Below are positions 9,929 through 18,964 of a stretch of 64,000 nucleotides of DNA, piece by piece; within the stretch, counting starts at the first letter, position 1; every line of letters starts with the position of its first letter. A model generated the notes under the pieces. It saw only the letters and a list, made by a program, of their open reading frames with translations. It searched no databases and was not told where the DNA came from. The stretch is taken from the sequence record MT710307.1; one strand, given 5' to 3'. The position numbers were made by a program, and so were the translations under genes.

Positions 9929-10468
9929 ATGCGAATTCGTTTTAGCCCTGCATGGGAAGTTCAACCTAACATAGATAAAGTAGCCAGCGTTAAAAAGTTG
10001 GAATTACTCCAACCGCTGTTCTTTAACTGGTTATATGACTGTGCTCCCGTTGCATTCAGTTCAAAGCTGTTGCCGGACTGCTCGCGTGAAACCATCTACA
10101 AATCGTTGATGGCACCTCCGCTGCTTCCTGTTAAATATTATGACCAAGTGTTTGACTTGGTTAGACAAGGTTCGAAAGAGTCCCTTTCCGATTTATATGG
10201 GGAACCTTTCACCGAACAGTTGCGCTGGGCTTTTGTCCAACGTAACGATGTTATAGTGGCGTCTCTAGTTGAAGCGAAGGCCGGTCATCCGGGTTTCACT
10301 CTCAGTGACGAACGCGCCGCGAAAAAGACGTTCTGCGCAGAACTTTTTAAATATGTGCGTACCAAGACTCGCGTCGTGGATGATTCATTCAGCACGTCTA
10401 CGCAGTTTGCTGCTCATGAAGTGCTGACGCAACTCTACGCATGTCATTTATCACACAAGGTAACTTGA
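9929..10468 (+). CDS. Conserved hypothetical protein preceding MCP
   Basis: GGAG RBS, ATG 9929; stop 1 nt before MCP ATG. Confidence 0.7.
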   Translation: MRIRFSPAWEVQPNIDKVASVKKLELLQPLFFNWLYDCAPVAFSSKLLPDCSRETIYKSLMAPPLLPVKYYDQVFDLVRQGSKESLSDLYGEPFTEQLRWAFVQRNDVIVASLVEAKAGHPGFTLSDERAAKKTFCAELFKYVRTKTRVVDDSFSTSTQFAAHEVLTQLYACHLSHKVT

Positions 10469-10469
10469 A

Positions 10470-12791
10470 ATGAAAGAAACTCGAATCTCCAATCTGGAGC
10501 GACTGATTGAGCAAGGCAACACTCTGGTTGCTAACTCAGCAGTTGGCACCACCACTGCGGATCTGTGGAAAACTGTTGCAGTTGGCGAATCTGTTCGTAG
10601 TAACGCACATGCATTCTCTACCGCTGTAAACAACGCTGGCCAGGCGTATGCTGCTGTATACGGCGGTAAGCCGATGTCGCACGCGGCACAGGTTGCTTCT
10701 GCCATGATTCTTTCTGCCATGGGCAACGAAGAAGAGTTCATGTCCAAGCCTGCTCGCGAATCTGCCGACAAGCGCTGGAACAACTACATGGAAGTTGCCA
10801 TCCCTGGCCAAGCTTCCCTGAACGCTGACTACGGTAAAACGCCGCTGGTTGCGACCGAATACTACACCAACAAAGATCTGGACAAAAACCTGGGTCTGAC
10901 TTGGACTCTGAACGTCCGCGCGCTGGAAACCCAGTCTGCGTTCGCTGAGAAACTGTTCCCGACCATCACTGTTGACACCAACGACGTTGGTATCACCGTG
11001 CGTACCAAAATCACCACCGTAACCCGTGGTATTCTGAACGCGCTGCTGGCGAAAGACAGCGTCATCGACGATCGTAAACCGCTGCACAACGCACTGACCG
11101 ACCACACCGTGCTGCAAGACGATGCTATCCGCATCGTGCCGTACGTGATGGAAGATGGCGACAACGCCGAATACTTCGTGAGCGATGACATCATCGAAAA
11201 CGAAACCGTGCGTCTGGGCCGTGTGCCGCCGTACCCGACTAACTATCTGGACATCAGCAAGCTGAAAGGCAACCTGTTCCGTCTGGCAGCGCATCCGGGT
11301 ATCGTAGCTGAAGGTTACGACGAAACTGACGAAATCGCACCGGGTGCTGCACTGGGCTCGCTGCTGGTTTCTGTCCGTAAGCCGGGCGACGATGTGAAGG
11401 CTGGTAAGAAAATCATCCTGAACACTCGCGACATGCAGTTCGCAAGCTTCCAGCGTCCTCCTGAAGGTGACGGTCGTGAGCTGGTCCTCCAGTTCCGTCG
11501 TACTCAGTTCGCGCTGAACGGCGACTCTCTGGATTACAAAGGCGACGACATCCCTGCGCTGTCTGCCCTGAAACAGAGCAAGTACACCCTGCGCTACGTG
11601 ATCAACATCACCATGAGCCTGTTCACCAACGGTCAGCGCTCCGGCCAGTACGAAATCAGCGGTGCCAACCTGTCTATCGAAGACCTGGTTGATGCAACTG
11701 GTGCAGAAGTGTCGATGGATTCCGGTATCGGTAAAACCATCATGGACAACCTGAAAATCGAACTGCTGGGCTGGCGCTTCGACGGTACTCGTACCAACGA
11801 GAACCGGAGAACTCAGGGCCTGCTGCTGGACCCAGTTTGGGAACAAGAGAACTACAAGCTGCAATACGGTTCTCCGATCATGACCAAACAGCCGGTTGGC
11901 GTTGAATACGACGACGCTGAACGTCTGGATGACCTGGTGTCTGCGGTTAACATCCGTAACGAAATGCTGGCCATCACGCAGACCCTGTCTTACACCGATG
12001 CGGTTAAGCAGGCGAAAGCAACTATGGTTACGCAGTGGGATAAAACTGCTATCCGCGGTCTGGGTCGCCACTGGGTTGCTCCGTGGTACGAAGAAGTTGA
12101 CTTCAACGTTGACAAAATCGTCCAGTCTCTGGAAACTAAAGACGCGCTGATCAACGCCCGTCAGGCGCTGCTGCAACGTATCGCTGACCAGGTAACTCGT
12201 GCTATCCAGGATAGCCGTTACATGCCTGCTCTGCGTCTGTTGACTGCAAACCCGCAAGCTGTACCGAAAGTTGTGATTGCAACTGACGAACCTACTGCTG
12301 CAATGCTGCTGCTGCAAGTTGGTGAAACTCGCCTGCTGGGCGACCGTTACGACTACGAAGTTGTGACCACCAACGATGACCGCTGGCGCATCAAGAACGA
12401 GGCTGACGGTTCTTGGACTCGTCGTCTGCAATGGGTTCTGAAAGTTGACGGTGTTGAAGAAGGTTCTTACTGTGTTCTGAACTGGGGTAACCACTTCTGG
12501 TCTCCGATCATGGTAACCAACATCAACATCCAGCGTAACGGTTCTACCAGCAAAGAACTTGCTGTGCAGCCTCGTAACGCGCACATCTGCCACTGCCCGA
12601 TCACTGGTCTGATCTGGGTTAAAGGTATCACCAAACTGGTTGAGCAGAAACTGGCTTACAACGTTGTTACCACTCAAAGTGGCGACGGCGCGACCGCAGG
12701 CGGCAACGCAGGCGATGTAGCTGGTGATGCAACTACCGGTGGTGCTACCACTCAGAGCGCTGGTACTTCTACCACTGCTCCGAAAAGCTAA
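10470..12791 (+). CDS. Major capsid protein precursor (phiKZ gp120-like)
   Basis: 773 aa, extreme high-expression codon bias, propeptide with A-x-E site (VATE/Y), strong terminator after, synteny helicase-MCP-RNAP-portal. Confidence 0.9.
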   Translation: MKETRISNLERLIEQGNTLVANSAVGTTTADLWKTVAVGESVRSNAHAFSTAVNNAGQAYAAVYGGKPMSHAAQVASAMILSAMGNEEEFMSKPARESADKRWNNYMEVAIPGQASLNADYGKTPLVATEYYTNKDLDKNLGLTWTLNVRALETQSAFAEKLFPTITVDTNDVGITVRTKITTVTRGILNALLAKDSVIDDRKPLHNALTDHTVLQDDAIRIVPYVMEDGDNAEYFVSDDIIENETVRLGRVPPYPTNYLDISKLKGNLFRLAAHPGIVAEGYDETDEIAPGAALGSLLVSVRKPGDDVKAGKKIILNTRDMQFASFQRPPEGDGRELVLQFRRTQFALNGDSLDYKGDDIPALSALKQSKYTLRYVINITMSLFTNGQRSGQYEISGANLSIEDLVDATGAEVSMDSGIGKTIMDNLKIELLGWRFDGTRTNENRRTQGLLLDPVWEQENYKLQYGSPIMTKQPVGVEYDDAERLDDLVSAVNIRNEMLAITQTLSYTDAVKQAKATMVTQWDKTAIRGLGRHWVAPWYEEVDFNVDKIVQSLETKDALINARQALLQRIADQVTRAIQDSRYMPALRLLTANPQAVPKVVIATDEPTAAMLLLQVGETRLLGDRYDYEVVTTNDDRWRIKNEADGSWTRRLQWVLKVDGVEEGSYCVLNWGNHFWSPIMVTNINIQRNGSTSKELAVQPRNAHICHCPITGLIWVKGITKLVEQKLAYNVVTTQSGDGATAGGNAGDVAGDATTGGATTQSAGTSTTAPKS

Positions 12792-12812
12792 GCCTTAGGC
12801 TAACGCGGAATA

Positions 12813-12848
12813 CCCTACTCCTTCGGGAGTAGGGTTTTTCTTTTTTTT
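12813..12848 (+). terminator. Intrinsic terminator (UUCG)
   Basis: CCCTACTCC-TTCG-GGAGTAGGG plus long T-tract. Confidence 0.9.
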
Positions 12849-12861
12849 GTCTAAATTTTTT

Positions 12862-12881
12862 GAGATAGATATTATCTAAGG
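12862..12881 (+). promoter_or_regulatory. Putative early promoter
   Basis: GAGATAGATATTATCTAAGG, matches repeated motif. Confidence 0.65.
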
Positions 12882-12917
12882 GACGTAACAACCTTTTCAT
12901 TTATAAGGAGTATTATC

Positions 12918-13670
12918 GTGGATATCGATTCGTTACCGGTTGTAGAGTTTACTGGCGTAAGCAGTGTCGTTCCCGTCTTCGATGGACGTGGGTACCTTGT
13001 CACTTTTCGAAACGAGGTTAACCACCGGACGTGGTTGAATCTGGCAAGTATTAAGAAACCTATCTACATGAGCTGTGATGCTCACGCGGCATTACTCGCC
13101 TACATCGCACAACAGAAGAAAAACGCAGAGAAAAATACCGGCTGGGGTTTCAGTTCGGATTACCTGATTCTCGGCGACGTACGCTTCAGTTCGGATTATT
13201 TTAACCACGTTTACAACCGCAGTGAGGAGCGTTCTCGTTATCTTGCCGATATGTACGCGGAGTCGGCGGCGGGATTAACCTTGAATTCCCAGTACGATTG
13301 GCAACCATTACCGTGGGATTACGACGGTGCGGTGATCTCACCCTCTGCGCGTCCAGACACATCCTTGGTCGTTGCAGCCGATCAGGGAATGGTAACTTAT
13401 CTTCTCAAAGAGTTCATCGAATCGCCACATGGACACCACCATCTCCAAGGGTTGTTCAGAGAGCGCAACTACAAACGGCTGGAGAGTCCGATTGTTGAAA
13501 CGGATACAACCTTTATCGAGATTGCCGATCGCCTCCACGGAATTGCCACCACGGCAACTTTCCCCAATGAAGGTTACCAGCTTTCCGTTGAGCTTGGCTT
13601 GGGTAAACTCGATCTCGCCAAATTGAGCAAAGGTCAGATACTGAAAATGGCGTATGCACTGATGCCGTAA
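12918..13670 (+). CDS. Hypothetical early protein (250 aa)
   Basis: AAGGAG RBS, GTG start, after promoter motif. Confidence 0.75.
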   Translation: MDIDSLPVVEFTGVSSVVPVFDGRGYLVTFRNEVNHRTWLNLASIKKPIYMSCDAHAALLAYIAQQKKNAEKNTGWGFSSDYLILGDVRFSSDYFNHVYNRSEERSRYLADMYAESAAGLTLNSQYDWQPLPWDYDGAVISPSARPDTSLVVAADQGMVTYLLKEFIESPHGHHHLQGLFRERNYKRLESPIVETDTTFIEIADRLHGIATTATFPNEGYQLSVELGLGKLDLAKLSKGQILKMAYALMP

Positions 13671-13722
13671 CATTTTTACGCCAGAGGCATAGCCTATGTG
13701 CCTCTTTGAATCCACGCATTCT

Positions 13723-13743
13723 GAGATAGATATTATCTCTGTG
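13723..13743 (+). promoter_or_regulatory. Putative early promoter
   Basis: GAGATAGATATTATCTCTGTG. Confidence 0.6.
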
Positions 13744-13777
13744 AATTGACGATTGGTTTTAAAGCTGGAAGTAAATA

Positions 13778-14869
13778 ATGAAACGACATAATCTAGATAT
13801 CGCACCGGTTATCTCGAAGAAGCCTGTTCGGCATAACGCCCTCAGGAAAACCTTCACTTACGAGAATAACACCGGCACGCCAGTCTACGTTACGGATTCA
13901 ACAGGGTCGTACATTATCATTGAGCCCAAGAGAAATGTTATCTCGCCGAACGCTATCGTGGTGTATGTCACGTACAGCATTCCGGCAGGAATGGCAAACC
14001 TCATTGGCATCGCAGATACCCTACCTGCGGCTGTCTATCAGAATCTGTGTCGTGAGCTGGATAGATTTGGTGAATCCACATTGATGTACATCGTGGAAGA
14101 TCCCGTACCCATTTTACGTGGAGAAGCTATTGTATTGGAGAACTTGGGGTTATCCTTCTCGGTTCGTCCATTAGAATTAGATAAGACACCTGTTCATCGC
14201 AATGGCCAAGCGACGGAACTGACGTTAGGTATTGTTGTAGTGCAGCGCCACGATGACACACGCGTAATAAAGTGGGTGCGGTATTACAACACGATGGTTC
14301 AGGTGGTTCCAATCAAGGCGAAGTTTTACGAGCCGGGAATGTATCTGGTGATGATGAGTGGAGATATTGTAGAAGGAAGTCGACTGCTGCATTTCGACTT
14401 CGATGACCCAATGTCGCCGATGCGGGGATTTGAAACAGAAGAAGCAGCTCGCCAGTTCAGGTGGGTTACGGATGCTGTTCCTGCATTATCTGATCTCAGA
14501 AACAAACTCGAAGCGCAAATCGCCGCCAACGACTTGTCTTACGCCCAGCACAAGCAGCAGCTAGATGTTGAGCATAGGCGCAAGCTTAATGACATGACAA
14601 TCGAACGGGAGCAACAGGCCGCCCTCTTCAGGGAACTGGAGATGAAGGTTAAACAGCGAGCAGAAGAACGAAAAGACAGCTTTGATGAACGGTCTACATT
14701 ACGTAAAGACCATTACGACGAACGGTCGACTGTCAGGAAAGACCAATCGGATGAACGTAAGGAACATTACGAAAACCGTTCACAGACACGTAAAGACGCG
14801 TCTGAAACATTGAAAGCTATCCCGGCCATATTAGCAGCGGGGGTGGCTATCGTAGCGATGCTTATGTGA
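13778..14869 (+). CDS. Coiled-coil protein with 11-aa repeats and C-terminal hydrophobic anchor (363 aa)
   Basis: RKDSFDERST/RKDHYDERST/RKDQSDERKE repeats, terminal AIPAILAAGVAIVAMLM. Confidence 0.75.
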   Translation: MKRHNLDIAPVISKKPVRHNALRKTFTYENNTGTPVYVTDSTGSYIIIEPKRNVISPNAIVVYVTYSIPAGMANLIGIADTLPAAVYQNLCRELDRFGESTLMYIVEDPVPILRGEAIVLENLGLSFSVRPLELDKTPVHRNGQATELTLGIVVVQRHDDTRVIKWVRYYNTMVQVVPIKAKFYEPGMYLVMMSGDIVEGSRLLHFDFDDPMSPMRGFETEEAARQFRWVTDAVPALSDLRNKLEAQIAANDLSYAQHKQQLDVEHRRKLNDMTIEREQQAALFRELEMKVKQRAEERKDSFDERSTLRKDHYDERSTVRKDQSDERKEHYENRSQTRKDASETLKAIPAILAAGVAIVAMLM

Positions 14870-14882
14870 GAGGAGAGAATGT

Positions 14883-16652
14883 GTGTTTGCAGATGCGATA
14901 AAAGAGTTAAAGGCGTCCGGTAAGATTGTTCCCTTTAACCGCGCAGTGGCAGAAGGCGTCGGCTATGCACAAGCAAAAGATGGTATCCATGAACGGGTGT
15001 ACGGGATTCTGAAACGCGAACTCACGTACGATGCAGAAACCAACCCAAGATTGCCCATCGGGTTAGCGGTGCAACAATATCGTTTCATGTCACCATTCGA
15101 AGCCTTTATCTTTAAGGTGGCAAAGGCAGACAATCGTCAAGCACGGGGTCGTGCGCCAGTCTCCATTGCCAGAACCGATCAGTATATGATCATGGCCAAC
15201 ATCCGTATTCCGGGAGAGAACCGACTTACTGCACGTCCGATGTATCTGCCGTTTATACGTCGCGGTGGACTGATGTACTCGTGGGGTACTTTGTACCATG
15301 TTGCGCCGGTGATTCACCAACCCGGTATCTGTCGCGAGCACGGCGGTATCTTCATTAACTTCGACTTCACCCGTAAAGTCTCACTGAAATTCTGTAAGCA
15401 CTCAGTGAAGATTCTGGTTAACGGGAAAAAGGAGGAAATCTTCCTGCCGGGTACATCGAACCTCTACGTCCCTAAAACGACGCAGGGACAAGATTCCGAT
15501 GAGAAGCCTCTGTTGTATTGGTTGTTCGGTAAGTACGGCTTTAAAGAAGCTGTAGAGCGTTACACGGGCGCACGCGTTGCCATCTGGCCATCGTACAATC
15601 TCAAGTCTATCGATTTGGATAAATACGTGGTGGTGCAATCGGGTGAACCGCAGCTGGGTAAAAACATCCAGTATGCGATTGTTGTCCGTCGCGAAGATTT
15701 ACCGAGCACTGAGAAGTCGCGCTGGGATCAGAACGAACACATGCTGTTGGCGATGTGTGCAGCTTTCTACAAAGCAGCGCATTTCTACGCAGGCCGTCGT
15801 ACTGGTCGGAGTCAGCAACGTAACGCACTGGCACCACTGTTCACCTCTATCAACGAATTCGATGTTGACGGTGACATTGCCAACCTGAACTCTAAGGATA
15901 TCTGGAAGGAAATTCTGGGACGCAGTATTCAGGGTACGAAGCCTTCTGATGTGGATTTGCTGCGAAGCATGAACAGCCACTTCATGGAGTGTGAGCGTTA
16001 TGTGAACAACACGTTCCGTGCCGAACTCATGGCGGTGGACCCGGACATTGATCCAGAGATGGACATGTTCGACTTCCTGTACTACACCACCAAGATGATG
16101 GTTCGCACACGTTTGACCAAGCAGGATGATTACTCGTCCATGTACGGCAAGCGCTTAACCGTTACCGATTACCTGTTGCTGGCACCAAAAGGTTTCACCA
16201 GTACGATCTCCAACATCCGTTGGCGGTTGAGTCAGCTGGAGAACCGGACAGCCGAAAGTTGCCACGAAACCATTCGTGACGAGTTGAATAAGAAGATTGT
16301 ACCTAACCTTGTCTGTCGTGGCATCACGTCAAACGGGGGCATCAACTTCTTCAATGCGTCTACTGAATCGATGGTACTGGCGGTCTCTACGCACGCAATT
16401 GGTCAGACGGAAACAGACAGTAAACGCGGTAAGAAAGGTAAGACAGTTAACCTTAACGACCGTACCAAACACGCTTCGGCGTCGCATCTTGAATGTGGTA
16501 ACGTACACTTCATTCCGAAGTCTGCTCCGTTCAAGTCTAACATCCTCAATGCGTATATGGTGACCAGCCGCCAGCTTGTGATGATGCGTAACCCGAAACT
16601 GAAGAAAGAAATCGAAGCCGCCGAGATTGACATCGCGCAAATCGGCCGATAA
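14883..16652 (+). CDS. Non-virion RNA polymerase beta subunit, N-terminal part (phiKZ gp123-like)
   Basis: AGGAG RBS, GTG start; HASASHLECGNVHFIPKSAP resembles the beta vH.Sh.G..C region; synteny after MCP. Confidence 0.7.
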   Translation: MFADAIKELKASGKIVPFNRAVAEGVGYAQAKDGIHERVYGILKRELTYDAETNPRLPIGLAVQQYRFMSPFEAFIFKVAKADNRQARGRAPVSIARTDQYMIMANIRIPGENRLTARPMYLPFIRRGGLMYSWGTLYHVAPVIHQPGICREHGGIFINFDFTRKVSLKFCKHSVKILVNGKKEEIFLPGTSNLYVPKTTQGQDSDEKPLLYWLFGKYGFKEAVERYTGARVAIWPSYNLKSIDLDKYVVVQSGEPQLGKNIQYAIVVRREDLPSTEKSRWDQNEHMLLAMCAAFYKAAHFYAGRRTGRSQQRNALAPLFTSINEFDVDGDIANLNSKDIWKEILGRSIQGTKPSDVDLLRSMNSHFMECERYVNNTFRAELMAVDPDIDPEMDMFDFLYYTTKMMVRTRLTKQDDYSSMYGKRLTVTDYLLLAPKGFTSTISNIRWRLSQLENRTAESCHETIRDELNKKIVPNLVCRGITSNGGINFFNASTESMVLAVSTHAIGQTETDSKRGKKGKTVNLNDRTKHASASHLECGNVHFIPKSAPFKSNILNAYMVTSRQLVMMRNPKLKKEIEAAEIDIAQIGR

Positions 16653-16676
16653 GTATACTTTAAGGAGAATCATTTA

Positions 16677-18245
16677 ATGGCAATTTCATCCAGTGCAGTC
16701 GTGAAAATCATCGAAAGTCGTTTAGCGGCTGGCAATGACACGACGCTTACTGCCATCAATCAGGCCATCAGCGAACGTGGTATCAGTGCGCAGGATGCAC
16801 TGGACATCGCTATCCAGATTGGTGACATACTCCTGGGTAAGGGCGTTGCTCAAGACAAGATTGTAGAGAACATTATTTCTGCGTACAAAGCCGCTGCTTA
16901 TCAGCTGTTGCAGAAAGCCGGTATCGCGTTCCAGAGCGACCCTGGCCTACATGAACGTCTGAACAAGTTCTTCCAAGAGGTGCGGGCCATGATCAAAGCC
17001 GCAGCCCAAAGTTCCACTGGAACCTTAGGCGGGTTGGTCGGTACCGCAATTCCGGGTGCAAGTTTGTCTGTTGCTCCAAGTGCGCCAGTGACGTCTTCCC
17101 CAATCGGTGATTTGGGTGGGATTCAAGTTGGCGATGGTATCCCCGTAACTCCGGCATCTACCAGTCCGGGTCTTAGTGCAGTTAGTGCCGCGCCGCTTGA
17201 GGCGTTTGCAGAAACTCCCGCAGCCGCTAAACCTGCTGCACCACAACAACCCGCACCAAAGGTGAATCCCGTGTCAAACGCTCCGGTTAAACAGATTATC
17301 GAGGTAGAAGATTTGGAAACGTACGCAGAACATGAACTGTCAACGCCACGTACTCGCGTGTCGGTCAGTGCGAAAGATGCCAATGAGAAAGTCAACGAGT
17401 TCCTGACCACCGGTAACTGGGTTGAACCACTGGCTGATCTCCTGGCCGGGAAAACCAATGCGGTGTATTACGCGGGCGCAGATATTCTGGTGCGTGCTAA
17501 CCGTGTCACTCGCCGTTATCTGGTTAACCCGACGAAAGATGCCGAGTTCGAAACGCGTATTGCGGAGTTCACTTCGCAGCACGAATCTCAGCTGGCGCGT
17601 CTGGATGATCTCTATGGGATGGATGACCCTGAGAAAATCATTAATGCGGTAACCTCGGTTGTACAGAAGATGAAAGAGAACTTCGTCTCCTTCTACACCG
17701 ACATGCTGCGTGAAGGTGCGGCCTCTGAAATCGTGGCCTCTGAAGTAGCCCGCTTCACCAACGTTGCACTGGGCACCATGTCCATTGCGGTACACAACGC
17801 ACTGAGCCTCGGTACCAACCGTTGCCAGAGCATTCCAACTAATCCACGGATTGAGCTGGAACGTAACATGGATGACTTGGAGTTCTTCTCCGACATCCTG
17901 TACCAGAAAACCGTTGGCGATAATGGCTACACCACGGAGCCGGATTTCTTCCGTGAGCTGTTCATGATGGTGGCCTCTTCCCTGCGTAAAGTGAATGTGC
18001 GCTACAGTTCTGGTGAGCTGATCGTACGTCACGAAGTCGCAGAGATTGTGATTCCGGGTAACTACCCAACCCTGAAACGCAATAACGTGGTGGGCAAACA
18101 TTCCCTGGGTGCAACACATGACCCAGTGACTACCATCTTCGAAGAGTTCGTCCGTAACAAGCCAGAAGTGAACGTCATGCTGAAAGCCGATGAAAGTTAT
18201 CTGCTGCTGAGCACTGGCGAAAACACTGCACCGATTTATTACTAA
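16677..18245 (+). CDS. Conserved hypothetical protein (522 aa) with Ala/Pro/Ser-rich linker
   Basis: AAGGAG RBS; helical N-domain, low-complexity linker, globular C-domain. Confidence 0.75.
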   Translation: MAISSSAVVKIIESRLAAGNDTTLTAINQAISERGISAQDALDIAIQIGDILLGKGVAQDKIVENIISAYKAAAYQLLQKAGIAFQSDPGLHERLNKFFQEVRAMIKAAAQSSTGTLGGLVGTAIPGASLSVAPSAPVTSSPIGDLGGIQVGDGIPVTPASTSPGLSAVSAAPLEAFAETPAAAKPAAPQQPAPKVNPVSNAPVKQIIEVEDLETYAEHELSTPRTRVSVSAKDANEKVNEFLTTGNWVEPLADLLAGKTNAVYYAGADILVRANRVTRRYLVNPTKDAEFETRIAEFTSQHESQLARLDDLYGMDDPEKIINAVTSVVQKMKENFVSFYTDMLREGAASEIVASEVARFTNVALGTMSIAVHNALSLGTNRCQSIPTNPRIELERNMDDLEFFSDILYQKTVGDNGYTTEPDFFRELFMMVASSLRKVNVRYSSGELIVRHEVAEIVIPGNYPTLKRNNVVGKHSLGATHDPVTTIFEEFVRNKPEVNVMLKADESYLLLSTGENTAPIYY

Positions 18246-18256
18246 TCGAATCAAAC

Positions 18257-18289
18257 AGGTGACCTTCGGGTCACCTTGTTTTATTTTTT
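18257..18289 (+). terminator. Intrinsic terminator (UUCG)
   Basis: AGGTGACC-TTCG-GGTCACCT plus T-tract. Confidence 0.85.
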
Positions 18290-18309
18290 AACTACCAGTG
18301 GTGAAAAAC

Positions 18310-18576
18310 ATGTTAACTGTTGATATCCTGAATCATGAAGGTAAGAAACTGTTTGACTTTGATCTCAATGTCAACGGTGCCGTCATGACAAAATTCGCAG
18401 AAGCCTGCGACAAACACAAAACGTCCGTGGTGAATAACAAACGTACTGTGCGTTATTCCATGGTGAGAAAAGAACTGGAAGCGTGTCTGCGCGGGACAAC
18501 TAATGCGTACTTACTGGCGCGGCTCCACACACTCGACCCCCACTTTACCTTCATTACTCACGATTATTATAGATAA
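18310..18576 (+). CDS. Small hypothetical protein, probable paralogue of next gene
   Basis: ATG 18310 (GTG 18298 possible); aligns by eye with 18600..18905. Confidence 0.65.
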   Translation: MLTVDILNHEGKKLFDFDLNVNGAVMTKFAEACDKHKTSVVNNKRTVRYSMVRKELEACLRGTTNAYLLARLHTLDPHFTFITHDYYR

Positions 18577-18599
18577 CGTGATACACGCTGAGGTGTAAG

Positions 18600-18905
18600 A
18601 TGGTCAAGTTGCTTGTAATCGAGTTAAATCAGTACCGGGATGTGTTGCATCGGTTCGAGCTGCCTGACAACGTAGCGACTACCGCGTTCTTGGAACGCTT
18701 CCGGGGTACCAGAACAGCCGTCTATGGTGGTCGTCGCTGGACGGTCTATTATAACGTACGTGGTGCGCTCACAGACGCGTTAACCGCAGGGAAGGTAAAG
18801 GAGACAACCGCATTTTTAAAAGCCTACGAGAAAGACCCGCTGGCGATTGGTATCATGCTGGCCGAGAAAGAACAGATCGGACGTCCTGCTCAATCGGACG
18901 AATAA
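18600..18905 (+). CDS. Small hypothetical protein (101 aa)
   Basis: GAGGT RBS. Confidence 0.7.
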   Translation: MVKLLVIELNQYRDVLHRFELPDNVATTAFLERFRGTRTAVYGGRRWTVYYNVRGALTDALTAGKVKETTAFLKAYEKDPLAIGIMLAEKEQIGRPAQSDE

Positions 18906-18910
18906 AAAAG

Positions 18911-18959
18911 AGCAAACTCCTACCCGTGAAGGTAGGAGTTGCGCTACTTATTTTTTTTT
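18911..18959. terminator. Bidirectional terminator between convergent genes
   Basis: GCAAACTCCTACC-CGTGAA-GGTAGGAGTTGC flanked by A- and T-tracts. Confidence 0.8.
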
Positions 18960-18964
18960 GCTAT

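Noticed and set aside
10536-12677. 713-aa antisense ORF over MCP
   Set aside because: Mirror of strongly biased codons in a highly expressed gene; no RBS or motif, V/Q/D-rich shadow composition.
8350-16652. Introns or inteins in helicase or RNAP
   Set aside because: ORFs are continuous, of expected size, with no LAGLIDADG/HNH or C...HN intein signature seen.
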